DNA of 60,898 bases, counting the filler. It is 10 parts of 10 records of this genome, joined end to end, with 100 filler letters (N's around TTAATTAATTAA, not from the genome) between each part and the next. Parts side by side here need not be neighbours in the genome. Positions count along the whole stretch, not along the records: positions 48,728 to 60,898 come from SRR15195285_3904; 9 more parts are not named here. One strand, given 5' to 3'. Every line of letters begins with the position of its first letter. Within the stretch, counting starts at the first letter, position 1. Shown here piece after piece: positions 49,298 through 60,898 of this stretch. A program made the translations under genes and the position numbers. Under the pieces are notes generated by a model. It made no database searches. It saw only the letters and a list, made by a program, of their open reading frames with translations, and was not told the DNA's origin.

Positions 49298-52200
49298 ATG
49301 CCAGTCAGCATTCCAACAGTTGCTTCGGTTGCGCGCGAAGCAGGGACTGACAGAGTGGATCCACTGCTGGGAGGGCGGCAGAAAAGTGACGTGCTCGGTA
49401 CTTTTTGGGTGAAGCAGACGCACCTCGGGTTTTGCCCTGCGGACGTCATGTTGCAGGTCCACCCGGAGAGCCTGGTTCTCCTCAATGATGATTATGAGGT
49501 GGTTGAGTACCGGTTTCAGAACATTGTGCTGTGGACGCAAAGCCGATCAAGTATCACGATCCTACTACAGAGTACCCTGAAGCGACTGGTGCTACGAGCT
49601 AGGAATCGTATGGCAGCACGAAAAATCGCTGTCATGCTACATGACGCGACCGAAGCCTTGGGGGGGGAACTAGTCAGGAAAGCTGCTTTCTGGGGACTGG
49701 ACTCAGAGGAGGAGCGTATTGATGGTGATGGGATGCCCACAAAGAGCAGCGAGTTTGACAGTGTTGAAACCGAGCGCCAGCCACTAGAAAGTGTTCAAAC
49801 TTTCAGAGTCAAACAAACGTTTCTGACCGATCACCCAGAACATACGCCGCTCTTATTGAACATCGACAAACACGGCTTGTCTCTCAAAGACATCTCGGGC
49901 ACTACAATCTGGACATGTGAGTGGTTCAATATTTTGATGTGGAAAGCAGACGATACAGCGATTGTGGTTGTGCTCAATCAGTCAAACCGTCAGATTGAGT
50001 TGATAAGTCAGTTGAGCCAAAACATTTCAACTGCGATGACCGATAAGGCGCTTGCTGTGCACCAGTCTATGCGAGGGGAAACATACGAACGTCACTCGTT
50101 TGGTCGCAGCCAACACCTGCCAAAAGCCGAGTTGGAGTTCAGGCGTCGGATGCTAACATTTGAGCCGCCTACTATCACCCCAAACGCAAAGTGGCAGGTG
50201 GTTGGTGGGAGAAGTCTACGGGGAATATTTTCGTTGAAAAGCCAACAGAGCCTACTAGAATCAGTGCAAGCACGAGAGCAGCTGCAAGCTATTTTCAGTC
50301 AGGCAGATGTCGATGGCTCCGGGTCTCTGGATGTCGGGGAGGTGAAAGATCTCTTGAACAGCCTCAACATATTCAAAGAAGATGAGACAGAATTCTCGAA
50401 GAAGGACATCCAGCTCATGATGATAGACATGGATGCCTTTGGTAATGAGGTAACCTTCGACGGGTTTGTTGCTTGGGCGCTCGGTAGTACCAGTGGAGCA
50501 CGGGCGACGACGCTCTTGAAGAGTCGGGTGGAACACCGTAAAAAAGAAGTGGCAGCAGTCGGGCAAATTTATGACCAGCTGGACCAAGACGGGGACGGAA
50601 TGCTGGACCGTTCAGACTTCACGGCGTTTTTGACTCACGTAGGCTTGTCTCTAAATGATCAAGAGATCTATCTACTTTGGGGAAGGTTGGATAGAGATCG
50701 GTCAGGACAGATTGGCTTCCAAGAATTCTACGACTGGTACAAACGAGAAACCATCGATCAGGTCACAATGCAGATACAACGGTCAATTCGATTGACAAGA
50801 CTCCTGGTCAACACGAAAGGGGCGATGGTATATGCTGTGGATCGAGGGAATCTACGCGCAAAGGACTCCTTGCGGAAGCTATTTGAGTCCGTCGATCAAG
50901 TGGGTACTGGAGTGATCGGACAGGAAGATCTGATGGCTGTTGTCAAAGACCTGCGGATGGAAGCGGATGAATACGACGTCGTCATGGCGCTTAGGCAGAT
51001 GAGTCAGGGCGGGGATGGTAGCGTAGACTTCAAGGCCTGGATGTCTTGGTGGTGCAGCAACCCAAACGATACAGAAAGCGGAGTTTTGCGCAGCAAAATG
51101 AAGCTCGCTGCGTTCACATCGAGAAGTTCCGGCCCACTGTTTCAAGTTGTGGGTACATCTACCGAGGCGGCTGCAGCATCTGAGGCTTACCTGAATGAGC
51201 TACTGCAAGCTGCGTTCGCTCAGAAACAGGAGCTGCAAGGCTCGTCTCTGGGTGTTTTCGGGGAGAACAACAAGCTTCGTCTGTGGTGCTCACACCTGAT
51301 CCAAAACCCGCTCACTGATCGTCTGTTGGTGGTGGGCATCTTTGGAAACGTGGCTTTAATGGCAGCGCAAACACCTGGAGAAGCTTCGACAGTTGGGCTG
51401 GCGGCAGTGAACTTTGGTCTGATGGTAGTCTTTACTGCGGAGATGGGAATGCGCATTGTAGCCAACGGCTTGGTGTTTGGCGAAACAGCTTATCTACGTA
51501 ACGGTTGGGACGCATTTGATTTCTTGATCATCAACGCGGTCTGGGCAGTATACGCCGCTTCTCTGTACGTGGATATTGACGAAAGCGTAGGTTTCACATT
51601 AGCGATGCTACGGTCGTTTCGAGCGTTGCGGTTTTTCACTCACATCAGAAATATCCTTGCCAGTATCATCGCGGGGCGTGCTATGATAGGCTCGGTGCTC
51701 CTTCTGCTCGCGTTCTTTTTCATGCTGGTTTACGTCATCGGCTTTCAGATGTTCCATGGGGTGTTGGACACCGCGTGCTATGATGCAAGCAGTAGTTATT
51801 GTGATGAATGCGGTGTAATTGAGGACTGCCCAAGCACGCTACAGTGCTCCAACGTGTACCCCGACGGGCACATATGCCATTCGCTGACTGTTTCCAATGC
51901 AACCACACCAGACCGCACCCTCGCAAGCACACCAATATTCGGGTTTGACACGTTTGCGGCCTCGGCATTGACTGTAGTTTCCATCACAACATTTGATGGG
52001 TGGTTTGACATCAGTGTTCATATGAGAGGCAGTACGGTGACGATGCGACGTTGGGCCTGGCCGGGTTTTGCTGCAGCGGTAGTCTGGATCGGATTGTTCA
52101 CAGTCAATCTGTTCGTAGCAGGATTGGCGTATTCGTTCATCAAAGTGCGGAAGACGTCGAGAAATCTGGACGCACAAGGAAACCTGAAGAAGTCACTCGT

Positions 52201-55200
52201 CGACAGGTTGCTTAATGATAAGCTGCAGAGCGGGGTGCTTGAAGAGGGATCAAGGCATGTCCTTCAGTTGTTGCATCCCGCAGCAACACGCACGGCGAAA
52301 CGATGGAGCCACAGCAGTTGGTTCCTAGACGGCATTTTGCTCACCGTGATGATCAATGTTGGCTTCATGGCAGCAGAGCACCACAACCCTTCTGAGCAGA
52401 CAGTATTGATTTTCGAGATCGCAGAAGCAATCTTTACGGTGATATACACCTTCGAGCTCTTAGTAAAGTGGCAGGCGATGGGATTTTCGCAGTACTTTTC
52501 CATCAGTCTGAACCGCCTGGACTTCGTTATAGTGCTGTCAAGTTTGTTCGGCTACTGGCTGATGCTGTTCAACGACGATGTAAGCAATGCACAAGGCAGC
52601 GCCGTTCTACGACTGCTACGGGTCACAAAACTAGTTCGTGCTGCGCGTGTGGCAAAAGTTATTTTTCGTTCAGCCTCTGTCAGAGAGATGGTGGCTAAAG
52701 CATTTGCTGGGCTCGACGCAATCTTCAGTCTATTGATGTTTATCTTCTTCATGCTGACGCTGGCAGCCATTGGTGGAAGGGAGCTATTCCATAGCTGTTC
52801 CAATGGCGCAGAACAGGCACTGACCCACCACCCAAACTTCAAGACCTTCTGGCAGAGTTTCCTTATTTCGTGGCAGGTCATGACGTTAGACTCATGGACA
52901 GGGCTGATGATTGCGCATAAGGAGTGTGCAGGCAACATCGCAGTCGTGTACTTCGTTTTCATTGCTAGCACATGTGCATTCGTGCTGGGTAACCTCTTCG
53001 TAGCAATTTTGTAAGTAGTTGTCCACTGCAGCCGGTACCACCTATGTAGGTGCACTAAGCCTGACCGCGTTGCTGCTGTGCACGTAGCATGGAGAACTTC
53101 GAGATCCAAGACGAAGAAAAACGAGATATGCAGGTCGGGATCTATATGCAAATGCTTGCTCAACAGGGAGCGAGTGAAGGTCCGAAGGGATGGGTGAATG
53201 AAATTCAGAAAGGCCTTCAAGGAGTGGAAGATATGCTGACCGAGACAAACACTGTCAGCGTGCTGCGGCGCCGCACACTTGATGAGTTCCTGAAAGGTGC
53301 AAAACTTACGACAACCGCTGGAAAGTATGTCGGCAAAAGAACCCTTCGGATCATGCCTATCACCAGACCAGTCGATCGGTGCAGCAAGTGGTGGGCTGAC
53401 TGCCGTCAGCGTCACAAGCGTACAACGGACGATAGCCAGTCCCCACGGTTCAGTGCTTCAGCACTGAAGCAAAAATCAACTGGGTGCACGCAACGACAGT
53501 TCTGGATAGATGTAGTAGGGAGCACCTCCTATCGCAATTTCATGATCTTCACCACGACTGTGGGAATCGTTGATACAATCTTGAGCGCTGAGAGCTCTGG
53601 GATGTCAACGATGCAACACTTCGTGTACATAACAGCTAAACTGTTTGTTACAAGCGCGTTTGTTCTGGAAAGCATCATTAAAGTGTACGCGTACCGCTTG
53701 CTTGGCGACAAAGATCCAAGCGTCTGGCCCTCACCTACGACTTCCTGGGAGTTGTTCATGGCTGTTGTACATGCTTTAGCCGGTCTAAATGTTCCTTACG
53801 CACCCGCGTTGCTACCTCTACGGGCATTCCGTATGGTTTACATGGTGAAGCGGCTGCGATTGATGTTTGAAGCATTTGTTCGATCATTATCAGCCGTTTG
53901 GACGGCACTAATGCTCATGGCAGCCAGCTTTCTGGCTTTCGGTATCATCGGCATGAATTTGTACTCAGGTTTACTTTGGCACTGTGTGGGAGCCTTGCAA
54001 CTCGATCGGAAAGAGTGTGATGCAGCAGGACTGCCCTGGGAAAATCGAGCTGCCAGTTTTGACAATATCGTTGAATCATCTATTTCTTTGTTCACTGTCT
54101 GGTCTCTACAAGGCTGGACAACACTCTGGTACTGGGCAATGGATGTGACATATATTGATGAGGCTCCCGTCAAGGATGCTGGAACGTTGACGGCATTTGT
54201 TTTCTTCGCTTCGTTCATCATGTGGAACTCTCTGATGCTCACCAATCTGTTCACGAGCATGCTGTGCGACTACTTTGCCCGTGAGTTCTTCTTACACCAC
54301 TGCCCATGGCAATCACTTGCGCTGACCTCGATTGCGATGCGTCATTTTGTAACAGAGACTTCCGGGAGCATCTTGATGACTAGCGAGCAGCGAAACTGGC
54401 AGTTTATGAGCATGTTTCTGGTGGAGAGCTTGAAGCTCGAGGTGGTCCCTCCGCCTGATGCCGATCGTTGGTTTGGAATGGCGGCCACGGGCTTCGATGC
54501 GGTGCACTCGAAAGTGTTTCAACGTCTTGTTGACCTTACAATTGTTGCCAGCGTTGTTTCTATGGTAGGACAACAATCAATGTTGAGCCTAGACCCGACT
54601 GGTATCGTCGCAGAAGTGTTATTGTCACTAGACGAGCTTGCTCTGTTTGTGTTCACCTTGGAGGCGCTTTGTACTTTGGGTGGACTCGGTGTCAAGATTT
54701 ACTTACGCGAATTTCAGATGGAAGCAATGGTGTGCGCTACAATGTGGATGACCACCGTGCTGTTGTATCTTCAAGTTTACCATGGGATCGTAGTGCTTCC
54801 ACAGCTTCAAGCCATCACATTCATCCGAGCAATGCGTTTGATTACAGTTTTGAAGCGAGTAAATGCGATCAAGAAGATTCATTTTCTAGTGGCGCTTGCG
54901 TGGCCTCAAGTGGTTAACCTCTGCTGCATCATGCTGATTGTGTTCATCGTTTTTGCGGCATATGCTAACATGCTGTGCGGAGACATCCCGCACAGCTCAG
55001 CGGTTAATGAGTTCGACAACTTTGATACTGTACGTTCGTCATTCCGAGTTCTGTTTCAGCTGTGCACGGGTATGTCTATGCTCGGCGTCAACTATCAGTG
55101 CGCTGAGTACCACGGGAAGATCGTTCTTCTTTTCTTCATGGCATTTTTCTTCTTGACGAATCTGCTACTGGTCAATCTGTTCATCGCATTGTTGCTGGAC

Positions 55201-56694
55201 AACTTTGACCTCATGGGATCGGAAGACATGGCAGTGAGCGATATGGATATTCGGTTATTCAAGCGTCGCTGGGTCCGGTATGCTGGAGGAAAAAGTGGAG
55301 AGAAGCATAGACAGACGATTCACGACAGCATCAGTCTAGCGCAGGTGCGGAGGTTCGTGCACCAGCAAGGAATGGGTACATTTTCTATGATGCCGCAGGC
55401 GGATCCATTCTATTTCAACAGGGTGGTCTTTGAGCTTCATCCAGCAGACGGTAAGCCCGGTGACTACACTATGCAGGACGTGCTGGAATGTCAACGAGGG
55501 AGCAAAGATATCCGAGTGTTCTTCTTCGACCTGCTACTAGCTCTCTGCCATATCCGCTTCAGCAGCTCGTGCCTTACGCTTGCAAATGAAGTGACAAAAA
55601 GCTCACTGATGGCTGAGCAAATGAAACACCATGCTGCTCGCATCATACAGGTAGGCGTCCGTGCTTTTGTTGCGAGGCGGTCGGTGAATATACACGGGGA
55701 ACGCTCGGCCCCTGGATTCATATGGGTTAATGCAAACTCCACAGGGGAAAAACCAATGCCACTAGCCAGGTTGGTCAAAGGCTCAGACTACCCAGATGGA
55801 CCAAACGGCCGTTGCACCATGTGCACTCTTCCGAAACCCTGGTGTGGATGCAACGAGAAGCGAGCAGCAGCGAAGGAGCAGGAAGAACACCGGCAAAAGC
55901 TTGAACAAGCGCTTGTCTCAGGTGATCGGCAAGCTGTGGCCTTGCTCAAATCTACCGATTTGCCTGGTGAGAGTGACCTCGGTAGTTGGGACGCAGAACA
56001 CGATATCGATAACAATGCCTTTCAGGAAATGAAATCGAAATCAAAGCATACATGGGATTGCGCAGTCCACGTCGCAATGTTTCTGACCCTCAGGTCACTC
56101 ATCAATGTTGATCGCATAACACCAGAGCACGTGGTATCCGACGCGTTTGACCAATTGCAGAGTCTGGTTGATAAGCGCGAGGCCAAACGAAGCATGCTGG
56201 GAAAGTTGAAGGACCGAAACAAGTCTGTAGATTCGATAGATGACATGGCGGATCAATATGATCGCGGAAACCGTGTCAGCCGAAAAAGCCTTCGATCATC
56301 AGAGCATCAAATCGACCCGGGATACATCGTGCACGAGCTGCGCAAGCTGGCTGATATGGCGCGCGAAGATACACTAGGAGCATTTCGAGTGCACGATGAG
56401 CATGAATCAGGCTGTGTGTCTTCCAAGGAATTCGGCGCTGTTCTCGCGTTCCTGGAAATACGGCTATCTGGTGAGCAGCTCCGTGCTCTCGATGGCGTCC
56501 TCGATAAGGAGCAGGATGGTACGATTGACTACGAAGACTTCCTGGAGTATTTGGCTAGTGATGGTATGGCTGCACTTGAAACCAAGCTTGTAGACCAGGC
56601 TGACATCACACTTGACATCAGCTCCAAGAAGAAGTGGAGGGGTGCCAAAAAAGGTGCACGCAAGAAGAAGGCCCCCCCCCCCCGCAATTCCTAG
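49298..56694 (+). CDS. Four-domain (24-TM) voltage-gated cation channel (Cav/Nav/NALCN superfamily) with N-terminal PH-like and EF-hand domains; introns 53011-53087 and 54281-54355; start uncertain
   Basis: Four repeats, each with an Arg-rich S4 (LRSFRALR; LRLLRVTKLVRAAR; LRAFRMV; IRAMRLI), a P-loop (FDGW, LDSW, LQGW, GMSM) and an S6 NLF motif. Post-S6 LLDNFD; IQ-like IQVGVRAFVARR; EF-hands at both ends. Confidence 0.9.
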
Positions 56695-58610
56695 AGGAAT
56701 CCATGGTGTTCTCAAATCCTTTGAATCCAGAACAACTTGACCTGCCGTTGCAAGAGGGTCCCGCTAGTTTTGAGGCAGACGGTGCTAGCATGAAGTTCGT
56801 TAATCCGCTAGCCGCATCATTTGATGACGATGGAGCGCTTGACAGTAGCTCCGATGACGACGCTGGTGATCCAACAGTCGACGGTGCTGACCCAACAGCC
56901 GACGGGAGCATGCTTGAGTCAATTGCAATGGTTGAGACAGGTGAGCAGCGCAAGATCAAATTGACGCCAAGAACCCCAGTGTTCCGTTACAAGGTCTGTG
57001 CGATAGGAAAGTTGCGTACTACAATGGAGGCGGACTCGCCAGAACTGGCAGGATTTCTGAGAGTTGGCGAGGTGGTCATAGCTGACCAACGCCAGCAACT
57101 AGCTGACGGCGTTGGGGTGCGAATCAGCGGTAGTCGGTTTGGGGCGGATTACGCATTCACTAACGTGGCAGCCCCGGACGGATCCGTTCTGCTGGAATGC
57201 ATGCATGATGATGCAATAGCTTTCGTCTTCAGAGCTCGCAGCAAGACAGTGCTCACCAAACAGCTGGAATATTCAGCAGAATCTGCCGCCAGGTCAAAAG
57301 CGTACGCGCACCAGCATCATTGCGGCAAGCTACGGCGAAATGAACGGGTTGAGGTTCAGTCGTTCCGTGCCGCTGGGGGTATTATTCGGCTAAAGCTGCA
57401 TGACAATCTTGGGTGGACGACACTTGTATCAGAAAGTAGGGAGCAGCTGATGGCCCCGGTCCGGCCGCTTGACATGTTGCGCTTACACTTGCACAGTTTG
57501 ACGTTGCAACAACTTCGCACAGAGGCTGTGCAAACCTATCAGGTTGACCAGGCTATCGTGGACGTTGCTGGATCAGAGGTAAGCGAACTCGATCCGAAGG
57601 GTACAATAATTGCGCTGTGTGTGAATAACTGGAAGATGTCGACTCGAGGGACAGACTTTCTCGCGACCCTCCTTCACAATGCTGATGGGCTATTCGAAGT
57701 GCTCAGCGTTGACGACAGAGCAATCATCCATGCGCCCTTGGATCCTTTGATGAGCAGTCTGCACGGGGTGCTTGGTCGCGTGGCAGGTGTAAAAAAGGAC
57801 AAAGGTGGAAGCACAGTCGTAGACGTTCTGATGGATGGCGAGCGAGCAACGCGTTCGTTCGACGCAAGTCTTGTAATGAAACACGTCGACGAGGCAATCG
57901 CAACAAGTCTGTTTGACGCCGTCCTGGTGGACGACAAAGACGCGCTTGATCGCTTGGTTGCCAGCAAAACGGTACCATCCGATGCCATTCTCGCAGACCA
58001 AACGCCAATCCCCGCTGGTCACGCGCGCGTGACTCAAGCAATCAATCGAGAAGGTCAGACACTGTATGAAGTAGCCACGGCGAAGCGCAAGAAGCGTTGC
58101 GCAGAGTACCTTGCATGCAGGCTCATGTTTCAGGCAGTGATGGATGATGACGTTGAAGGATTGCAGCATTTGCTCCAGGGCGCGGGATCCATCGACGCGA
58201 TCTGCCCCCAAGGTGCGTTCCTCGAGGAGGGTATACTTGCTACTGCTGACGGCAAGCATAGATACCCACGCAGCCCAGAGGCTGGGGAACCGCTGATTGA
58301 GCGTGCCCGGCGTGTATGGGAGTGTAACGGTGCACCTGCCAACGCCGAGTCAGCCAAGCTGCTCGGTGGCAGGTGCTGGTTCGTGCTGTCCGAACTCTGG
58401 GAAGATCGCTTTGGCAGTTTGTACACCCCACAGAAGGCTCAACCGGGCGACTCAATGGCGACAGGGATCCAGAGCATGGTTACCGCGTCACGCATGCGAA
58501 GAAAGCTCGAGGAAGCGAAAGATGTGCGCGCAAACAAGTCCGAAATTGAGGCAACTCTGCAATGGAAGGAACGCAACGCCTTCATGACGCGCAAAACTGA
58601 AATCTCGTAA
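56670..58610 (+). CDS. Probable C-terminal continuation of the channel across a homopolymer frameshift, or a separate gene from ATG 56703; two SH3-like repeats and an ankyrin-like region
   Basis: ORF 56634-58610 overlaps the channel's end in the -1 frame at the C12 run (56672-56683). Contains FSNPL/FVNPL motifs, an acidic linker and beta-rich repeats (GFLRVGEVV...; GKLRRNERVEV...GW). Confidence 0.7.
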   Translation, partial: GPPPPQFLEESMVFSNPLNPEQLDLPLQEGPASFEADGASMKFVNPLAASFDDDGALDSSSDDDAGDPTVDGADPTADGSMLESIAMVETGEQRKIKLTPRTPVFRYKVCAIGKLRTTMEADSPELAGFLRVGEVVIADQRQQLADGVGVRISGSRFGADYAFTNVAAPDGSVLLECMHDDAIAFVFRARSKTVLTKQLEYSAESAARSKAYAHQHHCGKLRRNERVEVQSFRAAGGIIRLKLHDNLGWTTLVSESREQLMAPVRPLDMLRLHLHSLTLQQLRTEAVQTYQVDQAIVDVAGSEVSELDPKGTIIALCVNNWKMSTRGTDFLATLLHNADGLFEVLSVDDRAIIHAPLDPLMSSLHGVLGRVAGVKKDKGGSTVVDVLMDGERATRSFDASLVMKHVDEAIATSLFDAVLVDDKDALDRLVASKTVPSDAILADQTPIPAGHARVTQAINREGQTLYEVATAKRKKRCAEYLACRLMFQAVMDDDVEGLQHLLQGAGSIDAICPQGAFLEEGILATADGKHRYPRSPEAGEPLIERARRVWECNGAPANAESAKLLGGRCWFVLSELWEDRFGSLYTPQKAQPGDSMATGIQSMVTASRMRRKLEEAKDVRANKSEIEATLQWKERNAFMTRKTEIS

Positions 58611-58978
58611 GGATGGGTACAGTTCTGGTACATCATCATTCGTGCTAAACATTTGTGAGGTGAATGCATTGCGAGACGTCCGATTTGGTTAGTTTTTATC
58701 AATAGTCGTGCTACCGGTGACAATCACCTAAGGATTGGCGGCTAGCACAATAGGCATCCTACTACTAGTATACAGTGTAATGCCCCGGATGCCAGTGTGC
58801 TCGCGGGTTTCGGGCGGACGGCCCACACAGCCTTCTGGACGGCAGCGATGCGGTCTTAGCTGCCCGCCTCGTGCGTCCCGCCACCACCTACGCCTATCTA
58901 GGATATCACGTCGTGGCGCTACAGTAGTCGTTGCTGGTTCTGCAGGTGGCGGTCGCGCAGTCTCCTCGAGTCCAACTT

Positions 58979-59186
58979 ACTCTCCCTAGTGTATGCAGAC
59001 ACAACCTGACCCCTGATGCCATGACGTTGCTGCCACATCCACCGCAGGACAGCACGACGAATCTGACTATCGCAGGTCCACTCCCTATGCTATGCGGATA
59101 CAACCTGACCCTGACGCCATGACCCTGCTGCCACAGTCACCACAGGACAACACGACGAGCCTGACTAATGCAGGTGTCCACTCCCA
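58979..59186. repeat. Degenerate ~99-bp tandem duplication (~2.2 copies), intergenic
   Basis: ACAACCTGACCC...GCCATGAC...GCTGCCACA...CAGGACA...CACGACGA...CTGACTA...GCAGGT...CCACTCCC begins at 59001 and again at 59100. Confidence 0.85.
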
Positions 59187-59338
59187 CCAAGTATAGGTGC
59201 TAGCTATAGGGCTAACAACGCGAGCAGGTGGTGTGTGGTGGTAGTTGATTGCAATGAAGCCAAATATTCGCGTTCGTCTATTTTGCACAATACGCGAGGT
59301 CACCGGATTAGGTCTTCTTTCTTTTCGTTTACGGTCCT

Positions 59339-60671
59339 CTAGAAGAAGAGGAGCGAGGACTCGCCCATCGTCTCCTTCGCGAAGATCTCGAAATACTGGT
59401 AAATGATCGTCACAGCCAGCAAGATACCGGTACCGCTGCCGATTGCGCCCATGAAGTCCGCAAGGATGGTCAGAGCACCGATGCACGCACCGCCGAAGGC
59501 AGCGGCGGTCGGGATGTACATGCGGAGCACATCCAGCATCTTGTCCTCACGCCAGCCCTTCATGATCATCTGCTGATCCTGCAGCTGCTTTGCGACGTCC
59601 TCCGGGGCGGAGCCAGAGACAGTGATCCAGGTCTTGGAGAACATGGCACAGGAGCCCATGACGAACACCACATATATGAAAGCGTGGATCGGGTCGGTGA
59701 CAATTTCGCCGAAGGAGGTTGGCGGCGAGATGTAGTACGCAATACCGGCAGTGGGAACACTCTGGCCGTCTTGCACCTCCGACCAGGAGCCGAAGAGGTT
59801 GACGAGGAAGTTGGACGGGTAGCGCTTGTAGAGCATCTGGGAGAAGAAGTAGAGGTTCGACACCAGGGCAGACTGCAGGATGATTGGCATGTTCGAGGTG
59901 TAGAACAGCTTGATCGGGTAGGATCCCTGCTGGCCACGGGCCTTCGCGTACTTAATCGGCAGGTCGACACGGAAGCCCTGGAGGTAGATGACGACCATGA
60001 AGATCAAGACGGTGGCGAGCAGGTTGGTAAGGTTCGGGAGGTTGTCGCGGAAGAAGGCCTCCTTGATCGCCTTGCCCTTGTTCTGGCGGGTGAAGAGCAG
60101 GTGGAACAGCGCGATGAAAGCGCCCTCGAACTCGGTGCCACGGCCCGTGTTGATCGTGGTGGGCGAGAACGCCTTCCACACGATGGTCTCACAGATGTTG
60201 GTTGCGATGAAGAGCGAGATGCCCGAGCCCAGGCCGTAGCCCTTCTGGAGCAGCTCGTCCAGGATCAGCACCACCAGGCCGGCGGTGAAGAGCTGGAGGA
60301 TGATCAGCACAGCGTTGCCGTAGCCGAGCTCCGAGACCGGGCCGTACATGCCCGAGGCAACGTAGGCCACGGCCTGGCCGACGGTGATGATGATACCGAA
60401 CAGTTTCTGGGCGCCCTGGAAGAGCATGCGGTCCTCCTTGAGGCCGTTGTCGACTTCGATGATCTTGGAGCCAGCGAGCAGCTGCATGACCATGCCAGAG
60501 GTGATGATCGGGCTAATGCCCAGCTCCATAAGCGTACCGCGGTTGGATGCAAGAATCACACGCATCCAGTAGAACGGGTCGGCCGACTTCGTGACCTGGA
60601 TGCCGTACAGCGGAATCTGGCAGCACACCAGGAAGATGAAGAGCGTGATCGCTGTCCACAGGATCTTCTCG
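59339..60671 (-). CDS. SEC61A: Protein transport protein Sec61 subunit alpha; 5' exon(s) missing
   Basis: [90 protein letters not shown]; splice acceptor CAG at 60674-60672. Confidence 0.97.
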
Positions 60672-60898
60672 CTGCGCGAGAGCGTGCAGGGCAGAGGGAG
60701 TCAGCCAGATGCAGCATATGGCGTCGCATTCGTCGGGTGGGCTGCTTCCCAGCCCTCGCCGGTGGCGCCACCCGAAGGCTGTGCGCCCCCCCGCCGCCCC
60801 CCACCCTCATACAACCTCATACAACCCCACCTCCCGCAGCGTAGTTTCGCACGCGCAAGACAGCCAGACAAGGGGGGGGGGGGGGGGGGGGGGGGGGG

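Noticed and set aside
59684-60844. 386-aa ORF antisense to Sec61-alpha, and similar long antisense ORFs over NDUFV1, SelO, the coiled-coil and beta-repeat genes
   Set aside because: Shadow ORFs expected from high GC3 codon bias; no recognisable protein features.
60872-60898. Poly-G tract as a telomere or G4 element
   Set aside because: A pure homopolymer at the sequence end is a common sequencing or assembly artefact.

Overview
This is eukaryotic, intron-containing, GC-rich DNA from a protist draft genome (a MAG or SAG). It is not one contiguous locus: ten contigs are joined by nine artificial 100-nt spacers (N44-TTAATTAATTAA-N44), so adjacency across spacers means nothing. Recognisable genes are an ATD-less ionotropic glutamate-receptor-like channel, a Coq11/NDUFA9-like SDR, a GH38 alpha-mannosidase (partial), a ~1990-aa ankyrin-like/HEAT protein, a Myb/SANT protein, selenoprotein O, a Tudor-like protein, a ~2880-aa coiled-coil protein, a 10-exon PARP1, a secreted beta-solenoid-like protein (partial), an OSCA/TMEM63-like channel (partial), NDUFV1, an RRM protein, a four-domain voltage-gated cation channel and Sec61-alpha (partial). 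Highlights not visible in the ORF track: (1) SelO ends in a spliced exon reading FMS-UGA-SS-stop, followed by a foldable GUGA-type form-II SECIS; (2) PARP1 has a WWE-like domain inside its autoinhibitory helical domain; (3) the four-domain channel has a D-D-Q-M filter ring, N-terminal PH-like and EF-hand modules, and a tail split at a C12 run; (4) the secreted protein has phage-spike/sarcoglycan-like beta repeats; (5) intergenic GTAC/CTAG-rich tracts look like CpG converted to TpA. All gene models and family calls were read by eye; no searches were run.
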